From Cenococcum geophilum (taxonomy: Eukaryota), in NCBI GenBank assembly GCA_050273025.1, contig CP158635.1:6882001-6946000 (forward strand): 64,000 nt of DNA. Direction: 5' to 3'. Positions within the stretch are counted from its first letter, which is position 1. Each line of letters starts with the position of its first letter. The position numbers and the translations under genes are program-made. This document shows, piece by piece, positions 11,597 to 23,130 of the stretch. The notes below the pieces were generated by a model that was not told the origin of the DNA, searched no databases, and worked only from the letters and a program-made list of their open reading frames with translations.

Positions 11597-11902
11597 GCGA
11601 CCAATACAAATGAACGCATAGCTGCGCTACTGTATGGGAATGGAAGGGCACAGGGCTCACCAGGAAACGGTAATAAATCATATAGTTATGATTCCCGTAA
11701 TCAGTACGAATGAGGAGATAGTTACGCCTCCCGCAACCAATACGAATGAGGGTATAGTTACGCTAATATATGAGAATGGAAGGGCACAGAGGCCGCAGCT
11801 AGCAAATTGCAACGAATGTATTGAAATTTCCCTGGTGAGCCTCTGTGCCCTTCCATTCTCATACAGCAGCGTAACTATATCCTCATTCGTATTGGTTGCG
11901 GG
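11597..11902. repeat. Compound direct and inverted repeat of a roughly 70-bp unit forming a 64-bp-arm hairpin
   Basis: Copies at 11597-11667 (+), 11694-11727 (+, partial), 11730-11793 (+) and 11827-11902 (-). Arms 11730-11793 and 11839-11902 are near-perfect reverse complements. Confidence 0.9.
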
Positions 11903-12176
11903 CCATGTTGCGATAGTCAAGCCGGTAAAAAAAGATCAAAAAAAGATCACCAAAAGGTAGTTGCCTGGAACCCTGCCGCATGCCACATCCTGCCAGTCCT
12001 AGGTTTCATTAGTTATCATGTTCTGATGATGCAAACATAAGCATCCGTAACGAGGCGATGCTTGAGTCGGGTAAAGTTTCGGGATATTTATAGCAAGATT
12101 GTCGATTTGTTCCTCCTCGCTAGTAGATCGCATCTCTGCAGGGGGAATAGTGGAGTCCATTACGAGCCGGCAAGTC

Positions 12177-13003
12177 TCAATTATGTTTATTTTGGAGATG
12201 TCGCGTGAGGTTATCTTTGCGTGAGAAGGGTTTAAGCGCATATAGACAAGACGGGAACGCACACGGAAACAGGCGAGAACGAAACAGTTCACGATGAAGG
12301 CTGTTCTTATGCCTCTCGAGGTCGGCCTTAAGAGCGAACGGGGTTTGTTGACAGCCTGGTACCTCGCAGGGGTAACGCCTTTTATGCTTCCGGTTGTTAT
12401 GTTTACTGTTAGACATGTCAGTGCTCTTCGTTAATATAAGAAAAGCTAAAATTATCCTCACTTTCGCAAATAGAATTTATCAAACACCTTGTCGCATTCG
12501 GAGCAGTGGTAGGTTGGGCTTGGCTCATTGTGCGTTGGTGGTCTAGGCGAAAGGCTGACGTCCGGCTGAAGATTTGAGGACAGTACTGGTGAGTTGTGAC
12601 TGTCTTCAAGCGATCTTATCTCGTCTGGCGGTGTATATTGAGACAGCGCATATAGATCCAGTGACGGCGTGCTGTTGAAGGACTCCAGAGACCCGCCTAA
12701 GGAAGGCTGGTCTTCAGGCGAAGGTACTGTGAATATATCTGGCGGCGAAGAAGAAGAATTGCTATAAGTACCGGGGGTGGTTTGGACCGGTGTGTTTCTT
12801 AGTCCAGTTGTTGAAGTATTTGCATGATGATCAGGAACATGAGGCCGCGTTGGCCAATGGATGGGATTCAATTTGAATTCGACCTCGAAGGGGTTGACAT
12901 ATTCTGTGAGTTGATCACCAAAGTTGTTGTCTAAACTATGGTCCCGGAAATCGCTCGGAATTGGTGGTGCGCGAAGACTTGAAGCCTTCGCGCAGAGGCG
13001 TTT
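12177..13003 (-). CDS. C2H2 zinc-finger protein, three C-terminal fingers (5' end uncertain, may extend to about 13385)
   Basis: CSECDKVFDKFYLR|NKHNNRKH across intron 12461-12406 (GTGAGG...CTAACAG), then CEVPGC...LERHKNSLH and CAFPSC...FSRKDNLTRHLQNKH. A S/P/T-rich region lies upstream. Confidence 0.8.
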
Positions 13004-14142
13004 CTAATAGATATAAGTGGTAGGGTAGGCGGTAGAAGGTAGGCGGAAAGACAACCCCTTCGCCGAGCGCCGTAAAGGCGTGGCTCTGGGAATATCCCTA
13101 AGATGAATCGATGTAGATAATGAACGAGGGGCACTGTTGAAGAGAGTCGAGCGTTGGGTGTTTTATGCTTAGCGGAGACAAGAGGCATACCATGTGGGGC
13201 TGAGCTGGCGCCGAGTTGATGGTGCAGGAAGCCAACCACCATTTCGCAGCCTTCAGGGACCGTGCAGATCCGGTGGACAACAACGCCCACTTGCGCTTAA
13301 AGAACGCCTTGAGGTATGCACATGGCGGATGCAAATACCATGGAAAATGACTCCTTATCTGCCGCTTCAGGTTAGAAAGAGGCATACCACCAGAAAGGCC
13401 TCGAGAATAGTCGTCTCATAGGTGGAGACATTCACCAGTCATTTTGTTATTTTTCACGCACAGCTACCTGCCTTGACCCAACATAACTTGGTAGTGGTAT
13501 GCCTCATAGCCAACGAATCGTAAGGCCGTGTTACTCGCCACAACTTCGCGGCTAAACCTATCGCGGATGTGTCAGGCATTGATATTCTGGCCCGATATGC
13601 CTCTGATCATGCAAGAAGGATCCAATCACGTGCAGATTCTGTGAAAGTGAATGTTATCAAGCACAATAATCACTGCACTGTCAAGATCTATTGGATTTTA
13701 GACATTACGAGTTCATGCACATCTATCGTTACCATGAGCTCTACAGCTGCTAACATCTTGCAGATCAAAACGCCCACGGATAAACTATCGATGTCCACTG
13801 GCCAATCGTGACTCAAGTATATCAACTTTTATGCGGTATGCCTCTAACATGTTCCAATTATATCCATCTTCTAGGAAAGTCGCCACAACATCTCTGTAGC
13901 TGTCCTCTCCATGCCTCATATGGCCTTGGAAATTTCTCGTCTTACGGAAAATGTTTGAGGTATTACGGGTATGGTATGCCTCTTCAGGATCTAATTTATC
14001 AAGGTCACGCAAGCGGCGTCATGTATAACAAGAACAAGCAAAGACTTTCTCCTGAACAGCCGTTCCACTTGGCAATCCATAATATCATAGGCCCTTGATG
14101 CAACTAGAACACCTGGAAGTAATATCATAGCCTTATATCACG

Positions 14143-14705
14143 ATGCCTGTCCTCCCAAACACCAGCCACACCCTTGTCATATTAATTACTTCTTCTATTT
14201 CCCAGCATTTAGAGACCACCACATCCGCCCGCTCATTAATTACCATTACATCAACTGCAATCACAACCTCTAGCATTAGTTCTTCGATCACCAGGTCATC
14301 ATCACCAATCGACTCGCCCACTAACTCCAACCTGCAAAACCTCACCTTCAGCATCTTTACGATTATTTTGGCAGCAGCTTCACTTGTTGTAGCATACCTG
14401 CACTTCAACCACGGAAGACATCGGAATACCGATATACCAAATAGCCAGCAAGCTAGCACCCATGAGCTTTCCGTAGTGGAAACACTGCGAGGTAATGTGG
14501 CATGTCACACCTCGCGGTTAGTTGCGTATTGACATAAGCAGTCGAAACATTAGAAGAAATCCATCAAAACTGGATATCGGATTCAGCGGAGAGCAATTCT
14601 GAGCCTCAAGACATCTCACACCATCCTACCCGCCTTACAAATGAAGGTCTCTCAGTCAAACCTGAGGGTGTCGGCGGAGAGGGAAAGCAAAATCCGCAGG
14701 ACTGA
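14143..14705 (+). CDS. Small Ser/Thr-rich single-pass membrane protein, hypothetical (intron 14492-14541)
   Basis: S/T-rich N-terminus, hydrophobic NLTFSIFTIILAAASLVVAYLHF, and a GTAATG...TTGAC...CAG intron giving an open second exon to TGA at 14703-14705. Confidence 0.55.
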
Positions 14706-17192
14706 GAGTATGACAAGCACGCTTCATTAGATTGCAGGATACCTGCAACATACAGGCCAGGAGAGTGATGCACAATTGTCGGATGATAAAATTCTGAAAG
14801 GCATAATATGGAACTGAAGCTGGAGAGGCTCGGTGAATTTTCTGAGCGTTAGCATGCTTGCCTGAGGATAAGTGATGTGTAACTTAGAGACCTTGATATA
14901 TTTTATTGCTTCCGTCTGTTGCGTGATTCTTGTCTTCAACCGCTTCTGGCTAGGAAATTGATTCTTTGCTTTGAGAAGTATCGGAAAATCTCCGAGGTTG
15001 CGAGTGTATATTTTCCTGGTAACAGTTGTTTAGGTGGGAATGGATGTTCTGTTGCACCGACAACGAGTAAACTTAGGAGAGCTACTGCGCAATCTTGGCT
15101 CGGGTATACGAAGTCGTGAGCATGAAAGGAATATGAGTATCGAAACATATTCGAAACTGCCGATGCTATTTCAAGAAATAGATCTCTCTTATCTCAACCA
15201 ATAGAGGGCAAGATGTGCTTCGGTCTATTTAAATTTGAGGATAAAGAAGAAATTTTGGTGGAGTAATTAATCTAAGAAATTGAAACTGGTGGCTAAAAAA
15301 TTAAAGAGGGCTACATGAGACGAGATATGTTGAACAGTGTTGTAGTGGGTGGACGTAAAAATCGCCGACAATGTCTAACTTCCCTATGCAGGTGTCGCCC
15401 TACTATAAGGCACACAACCTGCATGTCGCCGTCCCCTCTCAACTTAGCTCTTGCAACAAATCACAATACTGACTGACAACATGTGTGCAGCTTTCTGGAG
15501 AGTGCATGGTGAGCGGCTTAGGTAAGACTTACAGCTCACAGCAAGCGGCAAGCCAAGCTGAAGCAATATCGACGGATGAAGAAAGCGCACTGGTTTACCC
15601 AACAACTCACGGCCCGTTGCGTTCCTCCATCCCATCTCCCAAGCCTTTTTCGGCTCCCCAGCCTTGTTCCCCAGAGCAGCAAATGCAGCGCAGAGTTCAA
15701 TGGCTTGCAGATCTGCAGAGTCTCCATGCGAGCAACGCTGACAGTTGGAGCGGAGCTAGGAATGGGCCTTGCCTAAGGAGCTTTCCTTACCAATTGAGGA
15801 TCAGATTGCTGTTAGTTGGTACAGTGGAATCTTATCGATGGCTCGCGTAGCCTTGCGTTAGGGCTAATGTTGATAATGCCTCAACTGCATCGCGATGTTA
15901 CTGGCTTGCATGTGGATGTCGTGCTGGCGTCACGGACTTTCCAACTTCTTTTCCTTCAGCTGGCCTGATGGTGTCGTGAATTTAGCAACACTTGGGCGGG
16001 AATCTGGGTGACAGCTTTTGCAGACAGCTTGGCAGGTTTTGTGTTTTCAGTGTTTGTTCCAGCGATGTAAGATTTTCAAGTACCAAGAACCAGTGGGCAA
16101 AGTAATATGGAGAGATTCCAGAGTTGAAGAAAAGATTTGCGCGGTTCCTGGTTAGACTCGGAGTTTCCGTTTTTCCCCCCTTCGGGCAGCTGTCTTGGCA
16201 AGATGGAGGACTTTTTCGTTTCGGTTCAAAACTCGCGGGCCATAAGCCAATGAGGCGCAGTGAAAACGATGGCCGCTGCACGTCCGGACTCCGCTCTAGT
16301 CGCCCGATTGCGCGTACAGCACTTAGAGAAACAGGTTCCACCTGTGCCGGACGGCTCGACCCGGGGCGTAGAGCCTAGGGACGCTGAACCAACTGCAGGA
16401 ACCGTGGACAGCGGGCACCTTTCAGAGACAACAAGTCTCCGACGGCACTGCAAGTTTAATGATGAAGTCTGCATCCGTCCTGAGGCGCCACGGCAGATGG
16501 ACAGCACACACGTGCTGGGCGGTGCAACTAGGATATTTTAGGCAAGCACTCGAGCCTAAATGGCACCGGGGAGTTCCAGCCTTTGAAACGCCGGATGGTA
16601 GGGATCCAGGCAGGCCATAGCGGGTTCCTGGCGCAGGTACACCAATCAGCATGGGCGTGTGCGCTCCCCCGAGCACGAGCCCCGTCGTTATTCGTCAGAC
16701 AGTTTGATGAGTGAACTATGATTGTCGAGCTTTGTCGAGGATTATCGAGGCTAAGGCCGCCAATTGGCAAGGGTTAATTTGCAGTTGATGGGGCCACATC
16801 GAGCAATCGAGATGACTTGTTTCGTTGCCCGCCCAGGGGATTGTCCGTGGAAGTACCACTAGCCCATCCATCTCTCTTCCCTTTTCTCTTTTCTCTCTTC
16901 CACCACCGTTGAGGCTTTCTGTCTAGTTATCACACCGCCGCGTGCACTCGCCCTCTTCCTGTCCTTCACTTATCGGTACATATTCACGTTCACTCCTTTA
17001 CGTGAATAGCGCTACCTTGCTTCTGGTCGCTCTCTACTTCTAAAAATCAACTCTCTCCCTCTTGTCTTTAAACCGCCACACGCTTTGGGAATCTATCTGC
17101 TGCTGCCCACGTGTATACAAGCCAACGACTTTGACGACTCTTGCTTCTACACACCTATCCTCCATTTCCTAATATCAACAGAGCGATTCGAT

Positions 17193-18271
17193 ATGCGCTG
17201 CTCATCCTCTGCTCTGGTGCTGGGCACCCTCGCTATCGGCCAGGCCGCTGCTGGCGCCATCCGCCATGCCAACTTCCACGCTCGCCGTAATGCTGAAGCT
17301 CAAGGCACGAACGAAATGTATGTCTTCTCCTTCCTATCACACCCTACCAAGCCCTACCTAAGATGCTCGTGACTATAAATTCAAAGTGCGTTGCTAATTG
17401 ACTTCACAGCGATGTCGGCAAGCGCGACGTTGACTGGTCGACAATCGACTGGACTAAAGTCGTCAACTGGGCTACGGTGAACTACGCCTCAGGTCAGACG
17501 TCGACGTCTACGCCCGCCGTAGCTGCTCCCACGCCGTCCACAACTCTCATCTCCGTTGTGGCCGATCAAGCCGTCTACACCAGCACTCCCGCCGCCGCCG
17601 TCGTTTCATCTGCCGCGCCCACCACGTCCTCCAAAGCTGCCAGCACCAGCGACTACGTTGTCTCTGAGGTCCTCTCCGCAGAGGACGAAGCCAAGGCGCT
17701 CGCACTCGGCCTGAAGGCCATTGGTATCAACTCGAAGACCAATAATGGCGCCGCCTGGATCGGCAAAGACGGTCCCTACACCAATGAATTCAGCAACGCC
17801 TCTGGCGAGGACCTCATCCTCGTGTGCTGGGGCAGCGAGGGCAGCTGGGTCAACGCCGTCGTACCGCTGATCACCGTCTCTCTCCCATCAGGTGGCAAGA
17901 CAACGCTCAGCTTCGCGAACGGCAACTCAGGCGCCTGCGCGGCCATCTACTCAGATACGGAGCTCGTGAACGGCCAAATCTGCAACAGCTGGATCGAGCA
18001 CACGTACGGTCCGACCGGCGTCCTGGACGTCTCGCGCGAGGTCCACATGAGCGGTCACTCCATCGAGGCTGTCGGCCCGAGCTGCACCACCAACATGGAT
18101 ACGTGCGTCTTCGTGTGCGACAGCGGCGACAGCTGCCTGACAGGCTACTCGCTCAAGAACTGCGCCAACGGCAGCCAGCCCGGCGCCAACTATGGCCAGT
18201 ACAACGGCGCGGACAGCGGTGGCTGTGGAGGTTTAGGAAACGCGGCGGCGATCAAGACGTGCCTTTCGTAG
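17193..18271 (+). CDS. Secreted allergen Asp f 4-like protein (intron 17318-17409)
   Basis: Signal peptide MRCSSSALVLGTLAIGQAAA, HANFHARR, KR site, S/T/A linker, then a Cys-rich domain with GPYTNEFSN, LITVSLP, LDVSREVHMSG and ADSGGC. Strong C/G third-position bias. Confidence 0.85.
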
Positions 18272-19572
18272 GCAGAGTTTTTTGCCTGTGTGGGGAGTTT
18301 TGTTGTTCTTGTAATTTCTGGTTACTGTGTGTTTTTATGGAAAACTGCTGCTGCTCCGAATTGGATCAACGGGCCCTTGGGAAAATGGGGCGAGGCTTTG
18401 AGATTCGATACTTTTTAACTGTTTACGTGCAACTTCCGATTCTTCGGAGTGGCGGGTGGTATACACTCTACTGCAAATTCTACCAATGTCTATTTCGAGT
18501 GAGCGGAATCAAACTCGTTCTGTTCTGATAGTGCTGTGCGACGTTGTGACTCGCAATTCCCATTGATTTCTGGACAGCTTGCCACATGAACTGACTTTCA
18601 GCTAGACCTGTCAATTGCGCGTAACTCTCCATAGCTGTCCTTTGAACTACGCCGCAGTCAGCTCTACCTCAATCCTCCAGCAGCAGCAGCCTCCTCGTCC
18701 ACAGCGTTGGTACTACCCCGTCGCACAGCATCACCTGTTGTACGCCGCGTCCTACGTCCGGAAATAGAGTGCGCTGACATTAGCCCCTCGCAGCCAACAC
18801 GGAGCGAAATATCCGCAAATATAGGTCTTGACAACTGTCATACCAACTCGTCTGTGTTACACAGCACTTTCCTGAACAGGCGCGTTGCTGCGATTTTCGC
18901 AATGGCGCGATTGACCCACAGTCATTTCAGCAAAAAGCACTAGGTGTATAATGAAACCTCCAATGACTAGCCTCCCTCCATATAATGGCATTTTCAACCG
19001 GCCATGCTCCAGGGATAACCCACGCTTAAACACGCCTCAGACCCACCTCAAAATCAACTCACCTCACACCTACCGTCTAACTTAAAACAGGATGTCATAC
19101 CCTCTTGTCCCAAAAAGCGGCTCTCGAGCTTAGCGATAACTACCGAAGCTTTCTAGGTTCTTAAACTCTATTTGGAGATAAAAAAAATACCAGCCAGCGC
19201 TCGCTTGTGAAAAGGAAAGATGTCCTTAGACCAACGATACAAACCAACCGCCTGAAATCGCACCAAGCAAGAAAATCATAGCCTATTCTACTCTATCTTA
19301 CATCCTGTCCTTGTGATAGGAGCGCTAGGGAGAGGTTTTGCAAGTCATGAAGATGCATTGTGAGTCCCTCCCGCATTTGGAAATATCTTGTCCGACACTC
19401 GATGATGAAACCGCATTGCCTTTTTTGCGTGCATCGGCAATGCGAGTTGTAGTAGTCGCCCAAATTGTTCCCCCTGTTAGATGGCACTCCGAGTATCTTA
19501 CCATATCCAGTTAAAGCCTTGAAGGACACATTGCAAACTTAGCCAGCCAAACGATCTCTTCTCATTCAGGTG

Positions 19573-20335
19573 CTAGTTCATACTTCGCTGGCCATGCATC
19601 TTCCACATTACCCGGTCCACGGGCTGATGGGGCGGGAGCTCATGCAATTCCCACTCTGGCTCCACTGTGTAGGAGCCTAACTTGATAGGCTTTTGCGGGG
19701 GTGCAGAAGTCTTCGGGCCCTGCAGGATGAGGCCTTGGTTGATGAAGACCCACCTCATCGCTGAGGCAGACAAGATAGGTATCATAACTTTGACTCTGCG
19801 GGTCCATCCACTTGGAAAGCACCATGGTGCCGCGCTGGCTGTACCTCTCTCCAAGCTGGCATCTAAGCAAGACTTCGACCCGTTCGGGAAGGATGTGCTT
19901 GCCTAATAGCAGTGCCAGAATCGCTGCCTGTCTGATCCGCACGCTGTAGTCCTGCTCAATGAGCCATGAGGGGAGTATGGGTTGGTCACTCATAGGCAAG
20001 TTGAAGCAGCAAGTCATGGTCCCGCTTATTACGGTGTCCACTGGGTCGAATCTGCGAAACGGAAGCATTGTTCCATTCGGCTCCTGCTCTAGGATAATGG
20101 GAATGTCCTGCCAATGGGGATCCACGTCGGTCGCCAGGTAGAGCTGAGCGCCTATTTTTTGAGCCGCCTCTGTTACAAGTCGTAGTGGATACATGCCGAG
20201 CACTAGATCATCATCACTGCAATCAAAATTGTCCACCAAGAACCAGTCCGTCACGCCAAGGCTGCACATTAGAGCCTGAACTCTGCCTCGACGCCCCGAA
20301 GTGCAGGTGCGGGGATTGACCTGAACGAGAAGATC
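19573..20335 (-). pseudogene. 3' part of a probable HET-domain-associated gene, interrupted by the Copia insertion
   Basis: Open frame DLLVQVNPRTCT...QALMCSLGVTDWF...DLVLGMYPL...PSWLIEQDYSVRI resembles C-terminal regions of fungal HET proteins (recognition only). The natural-looking end QGLILQ...KLG...PVDRV is in another frame (shift near 19760). A RIP-damaged continuation lies just right of the TSD at 45263. Confidence 0.55.
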
Positions 20336-23130
20336 TGTTGGTAGGGGGGTGGGGTACTTGGACAGTCTCTTTGAGCTCAGCGACGTGTCACGTGACAGCG
20401 CGCGGGCCATCGTGCAGATATCTTCTCGGGGCCTTCGAACCCCTGAGATTCTTCCTCATAGAGTATTATATGTATCATTTCCATCAGCCTGCTTAGCGCC
20501 TAACAGGTTATAAGCCCTCTTGCAGCTTTAATTAAAGCTCTATTAGCTGCCATTTTATTTTCTAATTAACTAGTTAATATAAAGCTATAGAACCTCGAAT
20601 TTAGACCTAGGCATAGTGTGATAGAAATTTATAATAAACTAATATAGATTAACGCCACGCAAGATATAGGTAATACAATTAATTGCATACTATAGCGGAC
20701 ACAGTATAAAAAAAGAAGGAATACTATAGCTCTCTTAGGGCTATTCCTATATTAAAAGGGGAGAGCAACTATAAAGAATGGTATCGTCAAATCGTACAAC
20801 AACTTAAGCTTTAAGACCTCCTGCCACTAATATAAGGTACGGCTGTAGAGCCACCTTTGGGGATAGATAAGTATAGAGACTGGCGTTATAAACAGATAAT
20901 GGGACTTAAGATAATTAAGACTGTAGTATTAGAATTAATTCGCAATTAACTTACTATATTAGGCAAGCCGCGCAACTCTATTAAGGAATTGCTTAATTTA
21001 ATTTAATTATTATATACCGCGTAAGGTCTTATTTATAACTACCAAATATAAAACTAATAGCTTAATCTTAACCATAAAGACTATACCTTACTTAAAGCCT
21101 ATATAGAAGCTTTTGTCTTAGATATAAAGAAATTAAACGCGGCGTTAATGTTAATATTAAGGAAGCAGGCGCACGCCTAATTACTTTACGTGGTAGAGAA
21201 GGAGTTTCCTATTTAGATAATTGTTAAAAAGCAGCTAGAAAAGTTATAAGGGAGGATAACCTTATTATAATTAAGGAGCTAGTAAGCGATCTTATAAATA
21301 AGAGTTATACTTAACTAGCTACCTCTACTATAATATCCTTAGTTAGCAGGAAGCTATCTAAAGATAATTAACAAAAATCTAATATAGAATGATTAGTATT
21401 AAATAAGAAGTATAAAGATTATACGCACTGCAGTAAAAAAATATTATAATAGCAAGGAGAGGTACTTCTACCTTTGCTTAGACCTTTAACCCTTAATATA
21501 AAAGCCTTCTAATAAGGATATACTATATGTAAGTCCACCCTAGAAACTAAAAGCGGCTTTATTAAATTTAACTTCTTAAGTTAGAGTAACGGGTAAAGAC
21601 TTAGCAGGAGGCCTATTTATTAGCAGTATAGCTATAGTTAATAACTTAGATAACTTAGATAATAGTAACTAGGATAACTAGTTCCTTAACTTCTATTCTA
21701 ATATTATAATAAGCAATAATTAAAGTAAGCTTATTAACTATAAGACTTTATTAATACTAATTATAATAGAAACGTTAGGAGAGACAATCTATTATATAAT
21801 CGGCAAAGAAACGGTGTATATACCCTTACTAATGGATAATAGTAGCACCTATATGGTGGCTACTAAGGCCTTTATATCTAAATTACCTTATAAACTCCTC
21901 TTGGAGTTAGCCCTTAAGAAGCGTAAGTAGCTTTATATTAGACCTAATAAGGAAATAGATAGTCGTACAATTCAGGGGTACTTAGATAGCTTTGTAGTAG
22001 GCAGAGCAACTTATATAAACGGCTTATATGTAGTTTAATTGGCTCCAAAGCCTTAATATATTGCGCACGCCACTGTATAGCAGCTCGATATTAATATACT
22101 ATATTAGCGACTAGGATATATAGGCAAGGATATACTACGGAAGGTGGCTAATATAGGCGACTTTAACCTTATAGGCACGCTAACTTAATACGAGGCCTGT
22201 TACCTAGCGACGGTAAAGCGCTAGGTCTCTTAAACTATACCTATACCACCTTAGCGGCCGTTTAAACGCATATATGCTAATACCTTCTACCTTATACTAG
22301 AGGGAGTTGGGGGTAATAAGTATATAGTAATCTTTATGGAAGCGCACGCTAGATATATATACGCCAATTTTAGAACCAAAAAGACAATCGCCGTAAAAAG
22401 GCTTTAAGAGCTTAATAATCTAGTATATAACTAAACTAGACGATATATTGGCTCGCTTATAATTAACAGCGGTAGAGAGTTTAGCATTAAAGAGCTTACC
22501 AAATACGCTAAATTAGTAGGTATAAACGTACTGCGTATAGCTCCCTATACCTCTAAGCAGAACAGAACGCCTAAACATATTAGAGGTATTATATTAGGTA
22601 TAGCTAGATTAATAATAATTAAGGCTAATTTACTAGAATACCTATAGGACGAAGCTTATAAGACAGTAATTTAAATTTAGAATAGAATACCTTATAGAAA
22701 ATAGACTAGATTACTATTTTAAATTAATGCTAAGTACTATAACTAGCTGTTTAAAATGCGTATACTAAATATATTATATCTATAACGTTATAGTACTACT
22801 ACCTATGTCTATACTAAAGGACCAGAGAGCGTATAGTTAAGGAAGCTAGCTTTATAAACTAAAAAAGGACAACTAGTTAGTTATAAAGGCAATAATGGTT
22901 ACATTTATCGCGTCTAGATACCGACTAAGACTAAGATTATATAATTACGCGATATAATATTTAATAAGGCTCTAGATCTACTAATTACTACGCTAGAAGA
23001 TAAGCTTACTATATAGGAACTAGAGCTAGAATTACCACTAGAACCACAAGGTTTAACCACTACTATAGTTACTATAGTTACCTACCCTACTGTAAAAGTA
23101 CTAGAAGAAAAGGAATACTATATAGGTAAA

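Noticed and set aside
13785..14012. Protein-like 75-aa ORF (LDKLDPEEAY...)
   Set aside because: Bounded by stops with no ATG and no recognisable family; possibly a relic, not callable.
14727..16770. Cluster of short overlapping ORFs on both strands
   Set aside because: No domain, codon bias or splice structure seen; treated as intergenic or upstream region of the Asp f 4-like gene.
17824..18528. 234-aa overlapping ORF rich in R/Q/L
   Set aside because: Shifted-frame shadow of the GC3-biased Asp f 4-like gene.
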